DNA from: Macrostomum lignano
Lineage: Eukaryota
Reading direction: 5' to 3'
Assembly (NCBI GenBank): GCA_002269645.1
Contig: NIVC01001296.1
Span: forward strand, 93,319-157,318
Length of the DNA: 64,000 nt
The stretch's first letter is position 1; every line of letters begins with the position of its first letter. The translations under genes were made by a program, and so were the position numbers. Below the pieces are notes generated by a model. It searched no databases. It worked only from the letters and a program-made list of their open reading frames with translations, and was not told where the DNA came from. Below are positions 1 to 10,506 of the stretch, in pieces.

Positions 1-124
1 GTCCACGGCCTCTGCTTCCAGGGTTGCTCAGTCATCTTGTTCCCCTTTCCTCTCTGCTCTATCCTACTATTTCTGTCATACTCCCTCCTCTTTTTAGTAT
101 CTCTCTCCATAATCCTTACCTTAG

Positions 125-605
125 CCTCACCCACAGATACTAAAATGCCTAGAGGGGCCACTCAGGCATATTAAGGCATAGGCATAGTACTCGTAAAACA
201 GCTTTCTACTTTCAGTTCAGTAGCAAATAAGAATCCGTAAGTTATTTTATAAAAATAAAGGCAGCTGAAATGAATTTGATAAGTTTAGAAGGCCACAAGC
301 TTGCAGGCGTAAACAACTTGCTAACTGGTTCAGCAATAATGTACATTAGCCAGTCCACTGAGATGTACATGGCAGCTTTAGGCTGGAATTCCGAGAAAGG
401 CAATAAAAATTTGGGGGTGGGTAGTGAGGGAAAGGCGCGTTGGAAGCTTTAAGCTGGGGGGGGGTAAAAATAAATGAAGTATTGGCTTTAAAAATACATT
501 AAAATGCTTCTGTTTAACTCACGTTACTACTGAACTGAAAGTAGCTTACATGCAAATGTGCTGAGTAGCCCCATCTATTGTAGTTATTCTAGTATCGGTG
601 GCCTC
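125..605. repeat. Degenerate inverted repeat pair (MITE-like remnant)
   Basis: ctactttcagttcagtag at ~205-222 has its reverse complement at ~527-545. cacagatactaaaat (~131-146) mirrors attctagtatcggtgg (~586-601), and tagaggggccactcag mirrors ctgagtagccccatcta. Confidence 0.45.
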
Positions 606-881
606 AGATTAAATTATAACGGAGCTTACCTTAAAGGTTCGATCTTTGTCCACAGCCCAGGTTCGAACTTAGCTTAGTTTAAGCTAGATTAAGCCTGGCC
701 TAATAGTCTAGCGCGTCGGACTAACGACAGGAAGGTCGAGAGTTCTGGTTCCGCCAACATCCCGAAGGTACTTACTTACTTCCAAAACTTTAGGGATGAC
801 ATTCTGCTCACTGTCTCGCGGAGAATGAGTACGATCCTTCATGAATGATTATAGAAATCTTGTATTCTTCAATCTCAATTA

Positions 882-1499
882 TTGAATTCGATCCCACGCA
901 CAGGTGGCCTCGCCGCCCCGCTAATCGCAGGAAGCGTGGCCGTTGCCGGCGCCGCAACCTCGGGCGGCGCCTCCATCACCGGAGATTTGCTGTCCAACAA
1001 TAAGATGAAGCAGGCCCAGGCAGCCATGGACCAGGACAAGAGGTCCGTCGGTGAGATTGAGACGCTGCATCGGAAGCTGGACGCTCGAGCAGTCCAACTG
1101 TCTAAACAGTTCAACGTGGAACCAGAAGCAGTTACCGGCCTATTCCTTATGTCCAGCATGGGCGGCAGGCAGCCTTACTCTGGCATGCTCGGCAACTTGC
1201 TTCCATTGACTCTTGCCTGCAGTACCATCATTACTGTGCGCACAGTTCTCACGACGACAGTCAGAACTACCGGCAAAGGCATAACAAAGGCTGTCGGGCA
1301 AGTGTCCACGAAGGCTCTGACACGCACTGTGGGCTCGGTTCTGGGAGCAGCCGTGGCGTCGGCACTTATTGTTTGGGACGTGGTTGAGCTGGTGAAAACG
1401 GCCAAAGATATGAAAGGAGGATCCAAGTTGAGGCAGATCGCTACCGAACTGGAGAGCGAGGTGCACAGCCTTGAAGCTCAGCTAGAAGAGGCTCGGTAA
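882..1499 (+). CDS. Apolipoprotein L-like protein (probably the large terminal exon; candidate acceptor AG at 902-903)
   Basis: 205-codon ORF with an ApoL-type hydrophobic hairpin (LAAPLIAGSVAVAGAATSGGASI) and the ApoL C-terminal signature (GSVLGAAVASALIVWDVVELVKTAKDMKGGSKLRQIATELE, compare the xxLDVxxLVxxSKxL...AxELRxxAxELE pattern). The ORF opens at TTG rather than ATG, so upstream exon(s) are likely. Confidence 0.7.
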   Translation: MNSIPRTGGLAAPLIAGSVAVAGAATSGGASITGDLLSNNKMKQAQAAMDQDKRSVGEIETLHRKLDARAVQLSKQFNVEPEAVTGLFLMSSMGGRQPYSGMLGNLLPLTLACSTIITVRTVLTTTVRTTGKGITKAVGQVSTKALTRTVGSVLGAAVASALIVWDVVELVKTAKDMKGGSKLRQIATELESEVHSLEAQLEEAR

Positions 1500-1640
1500 G
1501 TTGTTTCTCATAGTTGACTGCAGGGCCTCCAGTCCAATGATATAGTGTTACTAGTGTGGTCCAAGGCCAGGATGGGTCCCAGGTGAATCCGGAGAATATT
1601 TGTTGAAATTCTTGGGTTAGTGGGACTCTTTTAGTGTGAA

Positions 1641-2030
1641 GAAAGAGGTAGTGAGAGACGGAGAGAAAGAGAGAGGTAGTGACAGACGGAGAGAAAGAGA
1701 GAGGTAGTGACAGGCGGAGAGAAAGAGAGAGGTAGTGACAGACGGAGAGAAAGAGAGAGGTAGTGACAGACGGAGAGAAAGAGAGAGGTAGTGACAGACG
1801 GAGAGAAAGAGAGAGGTAGTGACAGGCGGAGAGAAAGAGAGAGGTAGTGACAGGCGGAGAGAAAGAGAGAGGTAGTGACAGGCGGAGAGAAAGAGAGAGG
1901 TAGTGACAGGCGGAGAGAAAGAGAGAGGTAGTGACAGACGGAGAGAAAGAGAGAGGTAGTGACAGACGGAGAGAAAGAGAGAGGTAGTGACAGTCGGAGA
2001 GAAAGAGAGAGGTAGGGAGAGCCGGAGAGA
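1641..2030. repeat. 28-bp GA-rich minisatellite (GAGAGAGGTAGTGACAGACGGAGAGAAA), about 14 copies
   Basis: A 28-bp period is visible directly (gac at 1681 and 1709). The overlapping ORFs repeat every 28 aa, equal to 3 units. Confidence 0.95.
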
Positions 2031-2634
2031 GACGAGGGGGGAGATAGAGGGAGAGACGCATCCCACCTTCACTTTGTGCGAAGGCTGAGGAAAGAGCATC
2101 AAAATAGGCAGACGATGAACTGCCAGATGGGCGCTGCGATGGTATTGTTGAGTGCTGATTTTCAGTACTCGTGTTTTTCAAAATGCATGAATGGGGAGGA
2201 ACTCCAATCTAATTAATCACTACGAGTTTGAATGAAAAATTTCTACAGAGAATAGTCTCGTTGATTTAATTTACTTCCATCCATTCGGTGTCAATAAATT
2301 AAGTAGCAGTAGTGTACTTGTTAAGGTAAAGCAGGGTAGCTGACTTTGCTGTGCTGTTGCAGAACTTGCTCCACAATCTGATCTGCAGTGCACTTAAATT
2401 GAGTTTTTGCGTTGCACTGGCGCCGCATCAAGAACACTGTATTCCTATAGAGGTGAGCATTCCAATCTTAAAAAAATTTCTTACAAAAGTCTTCTATGTA
2501 CTTAAACCCCAAACCACAACGATGCCTCTTTCTGTTTGGAGTGAAACGGCGTTGAGAAGCTCAGGACCCTTAGTGAGCAATGTTTCGCTTTGCTCGTTAA
2601 ACTTTTTTCAATTCGTCATCGCGCCAAAAATGCA

Positions 2635-2760
2635 TTTCCTTAACCTAAGCTCTAAACCAAACCTTAACTCAATCCTCAACTCAATCTAACCCTATCCTAA
2701 ACCTAAGCCCAAACCCTTACTTAAACCCTAACCTTAATCTAAGCCCCAGCCCTAACCTAT
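2635..2760. repeat. Degenerate CCCTAA-like (telomere-like) tract
   Basis: Run of imperfect hexamers: cctaag, ctaaac, cttaac, ctaacc, cctatc, ccctaa. Similar short tracts occur at ~3880-3930 and ~6950-7005. Confidence 0.6.
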
Positions 2761-2925
2761 ACAAAGTAGAGTTTTTTTGGCGCGAATTTGAATTAAAAAC
2801 ACTCGTAGTGACGAACGCAAGGAAAAGAACGCCCCATAGTGCAATCTATAACTTTCATGAGAAAAAACCCCTAGGTCACGTGCGCGTGTGGGTAGGCTCA
2901 AGAGTGCAGCGAGTGGCTTGGACGG

Positions 2926-3816
2926 ATGGAACACGTGAGGAAATTGTTTGAGACGCTGTCGAAAATTGGTGAGAAGCGCAGAGCTAGCTCGGAAGATGCC
3001 CGAGACGCGCAGCAGGCTCTGGAGCAGCTCACTGATGAGACTTGGCGTCTCACCTTTCTCCAATACGTTCCCCAGATGAAAGATCGGGTGGAGTTTACCT
3101 CTAGGCTTGCGAGGCTGTACCAGCTGTTCTCACGCAAGATTCCAGCCGAGCCGCCGAGCAACGTGACTGTCACGATTCTTTCCCACGGCGGAATTGACCC
3201 ACGCCTGCAGCTTCCAGTTGGCTTCCACTTTCCCATCGGTATTTCAAGCATTACAAGGGGAGAGCTGCAGAAAATCGCCCTCTACTCGCCCTGGGGCTGC
3301 AGCATCAATGCTTCCGTGACGTGCGGTATCATAACAGACACGCTCAGCATGCGCAATGTGCAGTTTGACAGGCCAGTGTATGCATTCAATGCTGTCCAAG
3401 GGCACAGGGAGGCTCGCCCCAGCGGATGGAACGAGCTGCATCGGTCGAGCGGTGGCATGATTCCGAGCGTAACCTTTACACCCCTGCAACTGTCCGACCA
3501 AGCGGTTGTCTCCCTGCGGGAAATGCTGAATGTCAGAATGCCAGAATTTGACTCCGTTGTGGTTCCCTACTTCACCTTCGGCGACAACGCGTGGCCATTT
3601 CCGACGGTGACGCTTTTTGAGGTCAGCGTCATGCTCAACTTGCTTGGCTTTTTTCGAAACATGCGGATCAGCCTTCAAGTGGCCTGCTGCCTGGACTGGC
3701 CTGGCAGAGATGAAGTGGTACCATGTGAGCAGTATTACGTAACCGGGACAAACACGATGCGCAATCGGAATGCTCCGGGTGGCGGAAGGTTTCACCATCT
3801 GGACGGCTTTCTGTGA
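2926..3816 (+). CDS. Uncharacterised 296-aa protein; helical N-terminus followed by a domain with TVTILSHGG, IALYSPWGC and LQVACC motifs (possible clan CD/Stv-like fold)
   Basis: Single ATG-to-TGA ORF, GC-rich, with non-repetitive globular composition. Beta-strand+SHG at His87 and beta-strand+AC at Cys254/255. Confidence 0.75.
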   Translation: MEHVRKLFETLSKIGEKRRASSEDARDAQQALEQLTDETWRLTFLQYVPQMKDRVEFTSRLARLYQLFSRKIPAEPPSNVTVTILSHGGIDPRLQLPVGFHFPIGISSITRGELQKIALYSPWGCSINASVTCGIITDTLSMRNVQFDRPVYAFNAVQGHREARPSGWNELHRSSGGMIPSVTFTPLQLSDQAVVSLREMLNVRMPEFDSVVVPYFTFGDNAWPFPTVTLFEVSVMLNLLGFFRNMRISLQVACCLDWPGRDEVVPCEQYYVTGTNTMRNRNAPGGGRFHHLDGFL

Positions 3817-4264
3817 CGGTCGGGCTGCTAGACTGTCGCTGGGCTGTATGCCAGTAACGTGCATGTTTTGCAACTTCGGGTCTAACTCTAAATCGTAACC
3901 AAAAGAAATTTAGCTGCAGCCCTAAATCTGAAGTGTCAACCCCTCACCTTTTTCTGTAATGAATAGAAAGCTTGAGTGCATTAAAACTACTGAAATGTGC
4001 GCACGATAAAACGAGCGTAAAAGCCTCCGTACTGATGGTGGAGTATGTAGCAGAACGAAGAGAGAGGCAAGCATAGGCAGGCAGTCAATCAGCTTTATTT
4101 AGTGAATCGCAAGGAGTGGTGAGCATGAACAAAGATAAATGTACTTTGGGTCACGCAAAGACAACGAAAGAGAGAAAAAGGAGAGGAAGTGAGGGAGGGA
4201 TTGAGAGGGCGAGATGTGGATGAGATAAAAATATTGACAGACATATAGGGAGGAGAGACAGATA

Positions 4265-6760
4265 GAGAGAGAGGAGGGGGAGGAACAGAGAGGAGGGGGA
4301 GGAACAGAGAGGAGGGGGAGGAACAGAGAGGAGGGGAGGAACAGAGAGGAGGGGGAGGAACAGAGAGGAGGGGAGGAACAGAGAGGAGGGGAGGAACAGA
4401 GAGGAGGGGAGGAACAGAGAGGAGGGGAGGAACAGAGAGGAGGGGAGGAACAGAGAGGAGGGAGAGGAACAGAGAGGAGGGAGGAACAGAGAGGAGGGGA
4501 GGAACAGAGAGGAGGGGAGGAACAGAGAGGAGGGGGAGGAACAGAGAGGAGGGGAGGAACAGAGAGGAGGGGGAACAGAGAGGAGGGGGAGGAACAGAGA
4601 GGAGGGGAGGAACAGAGAGGAGGGGAGGAACAGAGAGGAGGGGGAACAGAGGGGAGGAGGAGGAACAGAGAGGAGGGGGAGGAACAGAGAGGAGGGGAGG
4701 AACAGAGAGGAGGGAGGAACAGAGAGGAGGGGAGGAACAGAGAGGAGGGGAGGAACAGAGAGGAGGGGAGGAACAGAGAGGAGGGGGAGGAACAGAGAGG
4801 AGGGGGAGGAACAGAGAGGAGGGGAGGAACAGAGAGGAGGGGAGGAACAGAGAGGAGGGGAGGAACAGAGAGGAGGGGAGGAACAGAGAGGAGGGGAGGA
4901 ACAGAGAGGAGGGGAAACAGAGGGGAGGAGGAGGAACAGAGAGGAGGGGGAGGAACAGAGAGGAGGGGGAGGAACAGAGAGGAGGGGAGGAACAGAGAGG
5001 AGGGGGAGGAACAGAGAGGAGGGGAGGAACAGAGAGGAGGGGAAGGAACAGAGAGGAGGGGAGGAAGAGAGAGGAGGGGAGGAACAGAGAGGAGGGGAGG
5101 AACAGAGAGGAGGGGGAGGAACAGAGAGGAGGGGGAGGAACAGAGAGGAGGGGAGGAACAGAGAGGAGGGGGAACAGAGAGGAGGGGGAGGAACAGAGAG
5201 GAGGGGGAACAGAGGGGAGGAGGAGGAACAGAGAGGAGGGGAGGAACAGAGAGGAGGGGGAGGAACAGAGAGGAGGGAGGAACAGAGAGGAGGGGGAACA
5301 GAGGGGAGGAGGAGGAACAGAGAGGAGGGGAGGAACAGAGAGGAGGGGAGGAACAGAGAGGAGGGAGGAACAGAGAGGAGGGGAGGAACAGAGAGGAGGG
5401 GGGAACAGAGGGGAGGAGGAGGAACAGAGAGGAGGGGGAGGAACAGAGAGGAGGGGAGGAACAGAGAGGAGGGGAGGAACAGAGAGGAGGGGAGGAACAG
5501 AGAGGAGGGGAGGAACAGAGAGGAGGGGGAGGAACAGAGAGGAGGGGAGGAACAGAGAGAAGGGGAGGAACAGAGAGGAGGGGAGGAACAGAGAGGAGGG
5601 GAGGAACAGAGAGGAGGGGAGGAACAGAGAGGAGGGGGAACAGAGGGGAGGAGGAGGAACAGAGAGGAGGGGGAGGAACAGAGAGGAGGGGGAGGAACAG
5701 AGAGGAGGGGAGGAACAGAGAGGAGGAGGAACAGAGAGGAGGGGGAGGAACAGAGAGGAGGGAGGAACAGAGAGGAGGGGGAGGAACAGAGAGGAGGGAG
5801 GAACAGAGAGGAGGGGGAACAGAGGGGAGGGGAGGAACAGAAAGGAGGGGGGAACAGAGAGGAGGGGAGGAACAGAGAGGAGGGGAGGAACAGAGAGGAG
5901 GGGAGGAACAGAGAGGAGGGGGAACAGAGGGGAGGAGGAGGAACAGAGAGGAGGGGAGGAACAGAGAGGAGGGGAGGAACAGAGAGGAGGGGAGGAACAG
6001 AGAGGAGGGGAGGAACAGAGAGGAGGGGAGGAACAGAGAGGAGGGGGAGGAACAGAGAGGAGGGGAGGAACAGAGAGGAGGGGGAGGAACAGAGAGGAGG
6101 GGAGGAACAGAGAGGAGGGGGAGGAACAGAGAGGAGGGGAGGAACAGAGAGGAGGGGGGAACAGAGGGGAGGAGGAGGAACAGAGAGGAGGGGGAGGAAC
6201 AGAGAGGAGGGGAGGAACAGAGAGGAGGGGAGGAACAGAGAGGAGGAGGAACAGAGAGGAGGGGGAGGAACAGAGAGGAGGGGAGGAACAGAGAGGAGGG
6301 GAGGAACAGAAAGGAGGGGAGGAACAGAGAGGAGGGGGGAACAGAGGGGAGGGGGAGGAACAGAAAGGAGGGGGGAACAGAGGGGAGGAGGAGGAACAGA
6401 GAGGAGGGGGAGGAACAGAGAGGAGGGGAGGAACAGAGAGGAGGAGGAACAGAGAGGAGGGGAGGAACAGAGAGGAGGGAGGAACAGAGAGGAGGGGGAA
6501 CAGAGGGGAGGGGAGGAACAGAAAGGAGGGGGGAACAGAGGGAGGGGAGGAACAGAGAGGAGGGGAGGAACAGAGAGGAGGGGAGGAACAGAGAGGAGGA
6601 GGAACAGAGAGGAGGGGAGGAACAGAGAGGAGGGGAGGAACAGAGAGGAGGGGGAACAGAGAGGAGGGGGAACAGAGGGAGGGGGAACAGAAAGGAGGGG
6701 GGAACAGAGGGGAGGAGGAGGAACAGAGAGGAGGGGGAGGAACAGAGAGGAGGGGAGAGG
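4265..6760. repeat. 18-19-bp purine-rich minisatellite (GAGGAACAGAGAGGAGGG[G]), roughly 130 copies
   Basis: Directly visible. The minus-strand ORFs are (PSSLFL/PLCSSP/LLSVPP)n translations of the unit. Confidence 0.97.
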
Positions 6761-8563
6761 CAGAGAGAAGACGGGGAGAGACACAGAAGAGACATGATGA
6801 GGGAGAGAGCAAACAGAGAGAAGCAGAATCTGGTGGGCAGTTCACAGATAACAGCGTATACTTAGCTGGAGTTAAACTTTAACCAAACATTAAAACATGG
6901 CTTTTCTGTTTTCTAACAACTTGCCCAGCACTTGACCAAACGCTGCATGATTCTAACCCCTAGCCTTCTCACTAAACCCTAACACTACCTTAAGGTTGAA
7001 CTCTAACGAGAAGCCGTCATTTGCTACCTGAAATTATCTTATGCATATGCTTTAATACCTCCACGCCTCATTGGTATAATTCTCAGCTGCCGTAATTCCT
7101 TAGTAGTGACTTTCACTAATACTGTCATTCAGACCTCATTGAAATAAACTGTGATCAACTGTGCGAAATTTTACCTGTAATTTTTTGCATTACAGGAGAA
7201 CTACTAAGGGGGGAATTCCCCTGACAATTTTCCCAGCACCGGAGCAACGCAGGCAAAAATCTGACATAGTTGCAAATCTCCAAACTCACTTGGTGCCGCC
7301 TGTTGAAGGTCCCGACGGCGTCGTGGTGATGGCTGAATGCTTGAGAGACCAGCTGAGGATGTCCAGCAGTTGAGGCAATTGCCACTGTCGTCGAGGCTTG
7401 ATTAGCGAAACTAAAGAAATTCGTAACAGGGTTTCCATATTCACATGGACGTGCCACCTGTTGAAGGTCCAGAAGCTCCGCCTGGGTAAAAACCAGTGAC
7501 CAACGAAGTCAGAGCTGACGCAGACACATGCGGTCGACGTGCTGATGAAATTTGAAGGCTTGGCAAGGCTGCACTGAGGTGCAGTGCTGATTGGCGCACA
7601 GGGGTTGTACTGAATACACTGGCGCTTATGGGAAAAATCCGACCTTCTGGCAGAATAGTCGAATATCTCGTCGGTCCAGAGGGCTGGCGACTTGATTTTT
7701 GTTTGAGAAGGTGCGCAAAAGAAGCTGGCCCGTGCTCTTGAATTTCGTGTGCCTGCGTTGCTCCGTTCCGGCGCAGCAAAAAAAAATTTTCCACCCATTG
7801 GTAGTTCGACGGGCGGAAAAAATGGCTTTGCATTCCTACTGTTAAAGAGAAAAACAAACTGATAAGATGGCAAAGGTAATTTTTTAGCAAATTGCGAGCT
7901 AGCATAGGGAATTATAAACAGTAATTTGGCCTTATGCTGCTGCGGTGCTGATGTGTCATTTTTTTGCGGCGACACGCCGTCGCAACGATTGTTCCTTGAC
8001 ATGACCTGACAGATTTTCGCCTATATATCAATAGAACTAGCATAAAAGCGTCCGTGTATCAGTTTTATTCGTAGAGTATTATATGTTTCCTGCCTTTTTA
8101 ACAAAACATTTCGATAACAGTATAACGTCGCACACAGTAAATGTAGCTTAGTCGTTTAAATGTACTTTCTTGCGCAACCAAATATACATGTATATTTATG
8201 GCTTGTTATCACTTATTGCATTTGATAACCAACTAATCGCCACTTATGTCTCAATGACAGAAAAGATAGTTCCCGGGTTCGAAACCTTGTGCACCACACG
8301 AATTTGAGGTTGTCACTGAGAAGCAACTTGGGCCGTTCCTGCAGCATATTCCGATGTGGGTCAACCCTAACCGCGCAGTATACACGTTTCTCATTGTCTG
8401 CTCAGTGATATCTGTGTACCGTATCGGTGTGTACTGCACGTGTGCGTGTGCTCATGAAAGATGGAGGAATAGCTCGTAGGCACACTAGACCATTCTGCTG
8501 ATTTATACAGGACACCAAAGTTGTTGTATATCAAGGTGGGAAACTGTTTCTGAGGTAAGATTA

Positions 8564-10451
8564 TCTCCTAATACTAAAACTGACGCGATGTTTGTCTGTC
8601 TGTATGTCTGTCTGTCTGTATGTAGCAAGTGAACTCCTACAATTCTGCCAAGTCAACGTCGAAACTTATATGGGAAAACTGCAAATTTTCCGGAGCAGGC
8701 TTTAGGCTATTTTAATTTTTAATTTTCACATTTTAACATCCCTAAAAAAGCAGAAAACTGCTTTTTTAACCCCCAATAACCTTCTTTGGTCACTCTGCCT
8801 GGGGCTTCAGCCAGTTTGTAAAAATAGCCACCCCAACCTCCGCCCGCGGGCCGCTGTGTATTGAGGGGTGGTGGGTGCGCGTGTTCTGCGTTCAATGCAA
8901 ATAAAACCCCCGCGTGTTGGGGGGTCGAGTTCAATTTAATGCTTCCCCCAGAACGGGGGTTGGGCTTGGGCTGAGTGTACATAGCAGTTGTACAGTGTAA
9001 ATAGATAGACTGTGTCGAAATTCATTTGGTTTTATTATCGGCGCCTTTTTTCTCCATAGGCAGCCAGCCCTGTGTATTAGCTTGGCAGTGAAATTCAATG
9101 AATTGCGACTGCGAGCTTCTCTAGCAAGCAGTCGGGAAATCGGTAAATTTCAAACGCTAACTGTTCCTCGAGTTTTAAACTTTGAGAGGAGAGACTTATA
9201 TTGCTGGAAAGATCTTGCAACGCTGAGTTTGGGGATATAAGTTGTTTGCTTTATATATGAAAAGAAAAAGCACAGCATTTGAAAAACTATTTTCATACTT
9301 TTAACTTTCTGCAAAGATTGTACTTAGTTTTGCGAGACGTAATAGATAAAGTTGGGGGAGGGTTCAACTTCTCACTGCTGCTGTGTATTGGAGGGTTGAT
9401 TTAGATTGCGCAACTGTTTATTTAACTTTAAATAAGACTGATACTGTCTGACTGAGAAATGGTTTGCGCAATTAATTGATTCAATTAATTCAACACGCAG
9501 CTCTGTGCAGCTCGAACCCTAACCCTAACCAATGAATTCTGAAAGTTAAGTTCTTTTTGACAGAGAAAATTTCGATTGAGTCCAGTTTCACGGAGTATTC
9601 TGATGGTTTTCGGTTTCACGGAGAGGATTTATTTTTCGTGGAGAGAATTTAGATGTATTTCTGTTTTACGGAGACGATTTTGATGGATGTCAGTTTCACT
9701 CAGAGGATTTCCATGGAGCCCAGTTTCACGGAGAGGATTTCTGTTTCGCGGAGAGGATTTCTGTTTCGCGGAGAGGATTTCTGTTTCACGGAGGGATTTT
9801 GATGGATTTGGTATCTTCAGTCAGTCAGTAAAGAGAGTAAAGAGAAGAGTGAAAAGAGAAGAGAGAAGAGATTATAGAAAAGAGAGTAGAGATGAGAGAG
9901 GACAGATTAGACATGACAGATGGGAGAGAAGAGGGGAGTAAGGCGGGAACGAAGAGGGAGAGAGAAGAAAAGAGGAGAGAGGAGATGAGAGGGAATATAT
10001 GAGATAGCAGAGGGAGACAGGAGAGATGAGAGGAGAGAGAAGAGAGGAGCTGAGAGTAGAGGAGAAAGAAATAGTGAGATGAGGCATGAGGGATGAGAGA
10101 TGAGAGAGGAGAGAAGAGAGGAGAGAGGAGAGAGGAGAAAACAGGGGATAAAGGAGACAGAAGAGAAAGACGAAAGACGAGGGAGAAGAGATAAATAAGG
10201 TGGTAGAGATGAGAGACGTGAGAGGAGAGAAAAGAGAAGAGAGGAGACAGAAGAATCTGAGTCTGGACAATGGCAGTCAGTTTTTGCGAACAGGGAAAAC
10301 AAGATATGGTATTTGAAAGGCTTTACAGAGGATTTGGAGATGATTTGGAAGATGGGATTCAAGTCATGGAATTTCAGCTGATGGATTTCAGGGAATGGAA
10401 TTCCGGTGATGGGAGTTCTTCCCCTTTCTCCTCCAGAGGAGGAGTTGGCCT
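8564..10451 (+). mobile_element. Non-autonomous Helitron-like unit, family A copy 1
   Basis: Starts A|TCTCCTAATACTAAAAC followed by a (TGTC)n microsatellite. The first ~1 kb is near-identical to 10452-11400. Contains a GA tract (~9830-10255). Ends with the hairpin CTCCTCC-AGA-GGAGGAG plus a short tail. Confidence 0.7.
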
Positions 10452-10475
10452 TCCCTAATACTAAAACTGCTGCGA

Positions 10476-10506
<31 letters not shown>

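Noticed and set aside
1441-2181. 246-aa and 161-aa minus-strand ORFs
   Set aside because: They are translations of the 28-bp repeat.
4095-6845. Three ~900-aa minus-strand ORFs
   Set aside because: They are translations of the 18-bp minisatellite, open in all three frames because the unit has no stop codon.
7155-8002. Overlapping ORFs with a repeated GPSTGGT / PPVEGP motif and a 15-bp inverted repeat (~7241 and ~7750)
   Set aside because: No frame gives a recognisable or consistent protein. It may be a decayed gene or TE, but I cannot support a call.
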